A stretch of DNA of 64,000 bases from Escherichia coli. GTDB lineage: Bacteria; Pseudomonadota; Gammaproteobacteria; Enterobacterales; Enterobacteriaceae. The stretch lies in assembly GCF_036507355.1 (NCBI RefSeq), contig NZ_AP027877.1; one strand, written 5' to 3'. Below, one piece after another: positions 59,856-64,000 of the stretch. Position 1 is the first letter of the stretch. The number at the start of each line of letters is the position of its first letter. The translations under genes were made by a program, and so were the position numbers. The notes under the pieces were generated by a model. That model saw only the letters and a program-made list of their open reading frames with translations, had not been told where the DNA came from and made no database searches.

Positions 59856-60836
59856 TTACTCTTCGAGCGAATACGGCAGCGGCTCGATATGCAATGTATT
59901 CGCATCGTCACGCACGCGGAAGATGCTGTCCGGTTCCATATCGTTATTCATGACGACCTGTACCACGACCTGACCATCTTCCAGTTTTACCGCAGCCAGC
60001 ACCGTACCGGTGCGACGCCAGTTCTCGCCCATTTTCAGCTCTAAATCTTCACCAGCTTCCGGCAGTCGGCTGGCGCTACCTGCCAGCAACCAGAGCGCAC
60101 GTTTATTGGCACCACGGAATTTTGCTCGCGCCACCATCTCTTGTCCGGTATAACAGCCTTTCTTAAAGCTGATACCGCCCAGCGCCTGGAGATTGGTCGC
60201 CTGTGGGATAAACTGCCCGCTGTTCGCGGCATCAATCACCGGGAAACCCGCTTCAATGTTTAATGCCAGCCACTGTTGGCTATTGTTCAGTTCCGCTTCA
60301 CCGCGCAGTTTATCGGTCAGCATATTGGCAGTAGCTTCATCGGTTACGATCAGGAAACGTTCTGCCGGGTGTTCAAACCATAGCAAAGTGGTCGCGCCTT
60401 CTTTAACTACCTGTTTTTCTCTCGAAGGTAGTTCACTAAAGAGATTGGCCAGTGCGGCGCGCGCCTGAAAACCGGCAACACCAAGCAGCACACGCTCGTC
60501 GTCTGGCGCGATGGTCACTTTAGAGAATACCGCATATTTTTTCAGTTCAGTCAGCTGCGGTTCACGCACGCTGCGCCGTTCAATCCACGCAAAGCCATCG
60601 CCGTCGCGGAACAGACGTAAATTGCTCCACATTTTACCTTTGGCGTCGCAATGGGCGGCGAGCAGGTGCTGATTTTCTGTCATCTGGCTGACATCTGCTG
60701 TCACCTGGCCCTGCATATATTTTTCGCTGTCCGCGCCAGTAATGGTGGCAAGCGCCCAGTCATCAAGCGTCATCAGCGTCAGCGGTAAACGGGCAGAAGC
60801 CGTAGGCTGACGGGGAGGAAAAGGTGTAAAAGCCAT
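59856..60836 (-). CDS. ygfZ: folate-binding Fe-S cluster repair protein YgfZ
   Basis: 326-aa [54 protein letters not shown]... Confidence 0.93.
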   Translation of the reverse strand: MAFTPFPPRQPTASARLPLTLMTLDDWALATITGADSEKYMQGQVTADVSQMTENQHLLAAHCDAKGKMWSNLRLFRDGDGFAWIERRSVREPQLTELKKYAVFSKVTIAPDDERVLLGVAGFQARAALANLFSELPSREKQVVKEGATTLLWFEHPAERFLIVTDEATANMLTDKLRGEAELNNSQQWLALNIEAGFPVIDAANSGQFIPQATNLQALGGISFKKGCYTGQEMVARAKFRGANKRALWLLAGSASRLPEAGEDLELKMGENWRRTGTVLAAVKLEDGQVVVQVVMNNDMEPDSIFRVRDDANTLHIEPLPYSLEE

Positions 60837-61066
60837 AATAGAGTCCTGAGTTGCTTAACGGCGTATTAATAACTAATGGTAAAAGAGCTATGAGGCAATG
60901 CAAGTGCTTTCACTACGCGATCTGTGCCTTCTGCGAGGCGACTTCCAAAAAAATGAAGCCCTTGAATTGTTGTGAATTAATTTCGCGATCGCGATTGTGT
61001 TTACTGATATTCCCGTAAAAGAAGTCGAAAAACACGTTACAATAGCGGGGTACTGGATTTTCGTGA

Positions 61067-61733
<667 letters not shown>

Positions 61734-61772
61734 AGATGACGGCAAAGCATATGCGCTAAGCCGTCAGTGAGA

Positions 61773-62294
61773 TCAGGCGTAATGCTCTGCCATTTCGTTG
61801 AGGATTTGCTCGCACCAGCTCTGAATACGCTCGTCGCTAAGGTCATACTGGTTAGTTTCATCCAGCGCCAGACCCACGAACAGTTGCCCGTCAGCAATCA
61901 CCGGTTTCGGGCTGGTAAATTCATATCCTTCCGTTGGCCAGTAGCCGACGAACTTCACGCCTTTGGTAGAAAGTTTGTCATGCAGCATCCCTAGCGCATC
62001 GAGGAACCATTCACCGTACCCGAGTTGATCGCCAAGCCCATACAGCGCAACAATTTTACCTTCGAGGTTCAGGTCGTCGAGCTGATCCCAGACGGCTTCC
62101 CAGTCTTCCTGGATTTCGCCAAAATCCCAGGTCGGGATACCCAGAATGAGCACATCGTACTGCTCCATTAATTTCGGGGAGTCGTCCTTGAGGTTATGTA
62201 AGGTCACCAGTTCTGGGCCGATAATATCGCGGATTTTTTCTGCCGCCATTTCGGTGTAACAGGTGCTGGAACCGTAAAAAAGACCCATATTCAT
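61773..62294 (-). CDS. fldB: flavodoxin 2
   Basis: 173-aa [61 protein letters not shown]... Confidence 0.94.
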
Positions 62295-62405
62295 AACGTA
62301 AGCTTCTCGATTCTGCTGTGGCTTTTGCGGCTAGTGTATCAGAATCGCTTTAGTCACGGCACAATAAGGCATAATGGATCAAATGAGTGACCATAAGGGG
62401 CGCAA

Positions 62406-63302
62406 GTGAAACAGGATCTGGCACGCATCGAGCAGTTTCTTGATGCTCTGTGGCTGGAAAAAAATCTGGCTGAAAATACGTTGAACGCTTACCGTCGCGA
62501 TCTGTCAATGATGGTGGAGTGGTTGCATCACCGCGGGTTGACGCTGGCGACGGCGCAAAGTGACGATTTGCAGGCATTACTGGCAGAACGGCTGGAGGGC
62601 GGGTATAAAGCCACCAGCTCAGCGCGTTTGCTGAGTGCAGTGCGCCGATTGTTCCAGTATCTTTATCGCGAAAAGTTTCGTGAAGATGATCCCAGTGCGC
62701 ATCTCGCTTCACCGAAATTGCCCCAGCGTTTGCCAAAAGATTTAAGCGAAGCGCAGGTCGAACGTTTATTACAGGCACCATTAATTGATCAGCCACTGGA
62801 GCTACGCGATAAAGCCATGCTTGAAGTGTTGTATGCTACCGGGCTGCGTGTCTCTGAACTGGTCGGGCTGACAATGAGTGATATCAGCCTGCGTCAGGGC
62901 GTAGTGCGGGTCATTGGTAAAGGCAACAAAGAGCGCCTGGTGCCGTTAGGTGAAGAGGCGGTTTACTGGCTGGAAACCTATCTGGAACATGGGCGTCCGT
63001 GGCTGTTGAATGGTGTGTCAATTGACGTGTTGTTTCCCAGCCAGCGTGCGCAGCAGATGACGCGACAGACCTTCTGGCACCGTATTAAACATTATGCCGT
63101 GCTGGCGGGTATCGACAGCGAAAAGCTGTCACCGCATGTGTTGCGTCACGCTTTTGCCACTCATTTATTAAATCATGGTGCGGATTTACGCGTGGTGCAG
63201 ATGCTACTGGGCCACAGCGATCTTTCCACCACGCAAATTTATACGCATGTCGCTACCGAGCGTCTGCGGCAACTTCATCAACAGCATCACCCGCGGGCGT
63301 GA
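62406..63302 (+). CDS. xerD: site-specific tyrosine recombinase XerD
   Basis: 298-aa ORF MKQDLARIEQFLDALWLEKNLAENTLNAYRRDLSMMVEWLHHRGLTLATAQ... with C-terminal ...LGHSDLSTTQIYTHV... Confidence 0.95.
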   Translation: MKQDLARIEQFLDALWLEKNLAENTLNAYRRDLSMMVEWLHHRGLTLATAQSDDLQALLAERLEGGYKATSSARLLSAVRRLFQYLYREKFREDDPSAHLASPKLPQRLPKDLSEAQVERLLQAPLIDQPLELRDKAMLEVLYATGLRVSELVGLTMSDISLRQGVVRVIGKGNKERLVPLGEEAVYWLETYLEHGRPWLLNGVSIDVLFPSQRAQQMTRQTFWHRIKHYAVLAGIDSEKLSPHVLRHAFATHLLNHGADLRVVQMLLGHSDLSTTQIYTHVATERLRQLHQQHHPRA

Positions 63303-63326
63303 TGTCTGAAAAGAACGGGAAGATTT

Positions 63327-64000
63327 ATGAAGAAAGGTTTTATGTTGTTTACTTTGTTAGCGGCGTTTTCAGGCTTTGCTCAGGCTGATGACGCGGCAAT
63401 TCAACAAACGTTAGCCAAAATGGGCATCAAAAGCAGCGATATTCAGCCCGCGCCCGTAGCTGGCATGAAGACAGTTCTGACTAACAGCGGTGTGTTGTAC
63501 ATCACCGATGATGGTAAACATATCATTCAGGGGCCAATGTATGACGTTAGCGGCACGGCTCCGGTCAATGTCACCAATAAGATGTTGTTAAAGCAGTTGA
63601 ATGCGCTTGAAAAAGAGATGATCGTTTATAAAGCGCCGCAGGAAAAACACGTCATCACCGTGTTTACTGATATTACCTGTGGTTACTGCCACAAACTGCA
63701 TGAGCAAATGGCAGACTACAACGCGCTGGGGATCACCGTGCGTTATCTTGCTTTCCCGCGCCAGGGGCTGGATAGCGATGCTGAGAAAGAAATGAAAGCT
63801 ATCTGGTGTGCGAAAGACAAAAACAAAGCGTTTGATGATGTGATGGCAGGTAAAAGCGTCGCACCAGCCAGTTGCGACGTGGATATTGCCGACCATTACG
63901 CACTTGGCGTCCAGCTTGGCGTTAGCGGTACTCCGGCAGTTGTGCTGAGCAATGGCACACTTGTTCCGGGTTACCAGCCGCCGAAAGACATGAAAGAATT
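63327..64000 (+). CDS. dsbC: thiol:disulfide interchange protein DsbC, 5' portion (gene runs off the right edge)
   Basis: ATG 63327 translates MKKGFMLFTLLAAFSGFAQADDAAIQQTLAKMGIKSSDIQPAPVAGMKTVL... with CGYC active site (TDITCGYCHKLHEQ); absent from the ORF track because no stop lies inside the window. Confidence 0.9.
   Translation, partial: MKKGFMLFTLLAAFSGFAQADDAAIQQTLAKMGIKSSDIQPAPVAGMKTVLTNSGVLYITDDGKHIIQGPMYDVSGTAPVNVTNKMLLKQLNALEKEMIVYKAPQEKHVITVFTDITCGYCHKLHEQMADYNALGITVRYLAFPRQGLDSDAEKEMKAIWCAKDKNKAFDDVMAGKSVAPASCDVDIADHYALGVQLGVSGTPAVVLSNGTLVPGYQPPKDMKE

Noticed and set aside
62406-63302. Tyrosine recombinase as a marker of an integrated phage or island
   Set aside because: The protein is the housekeeping XerD, flanked by core genes fldB and dsbC; no att-like repeats or phage genes nearby.

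Overview
This window reads as an Escherichia coli-type chromosomal segment, collinear with the K-12 map interval gshB to dsbC but in reverse-complement orientation. All gene calls rest on reading the supplied six-frame translations against remembered protein families and E. coli gene order; no database search was run. About 60 core genes are recognisable: yqgE (partial), gshB, rsmE, endA, sprT, galP, metK, yqgD/C/B, speA, speB, loiP, tktA, cmtBA, yggPFDC, epd-pgk-fbaA, mscS, argO, yggE, ygfI, scpC-scpB-argK-scpA, argP, rpiA, serA, ibsC/sibC, ygfA, ssrS (6S RNA), zapA, ygfB, pepP, ubiH, ubiI, gcvTHP, bglA, yqfB, yqfA, ygfZ, sdhE, ygfX, fldB, xerD and dsbC (partial). Six segments break that synteny. 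Two are insertion sequences: an IS4 copy inside the metK terminator hairpin with a 13-bp target duplication, and a 1279-bp IS621-like IS110-family element in a REP downstream of speB, whose 177-nt leader carries copies of both its flanking target and its own end. Four are small gene islets I do not recall at these positions in K-12: a lipoprotein gene between speA and speB, a prohibitin-like SPFH gene between tktA and cmtB, a five-gene DUF296 plus ECF-type transporter operon between yggC and epd, and a DctP-like binding protein plus DUF1963-like pair between mscS and argO. The ECF operon and the mscS-argO pair are the best candidates for an uncharacterised system; I cannot assign a function to either from sequence alone. 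No rRNA, tRNA, CRISPR array or prophage was detected.
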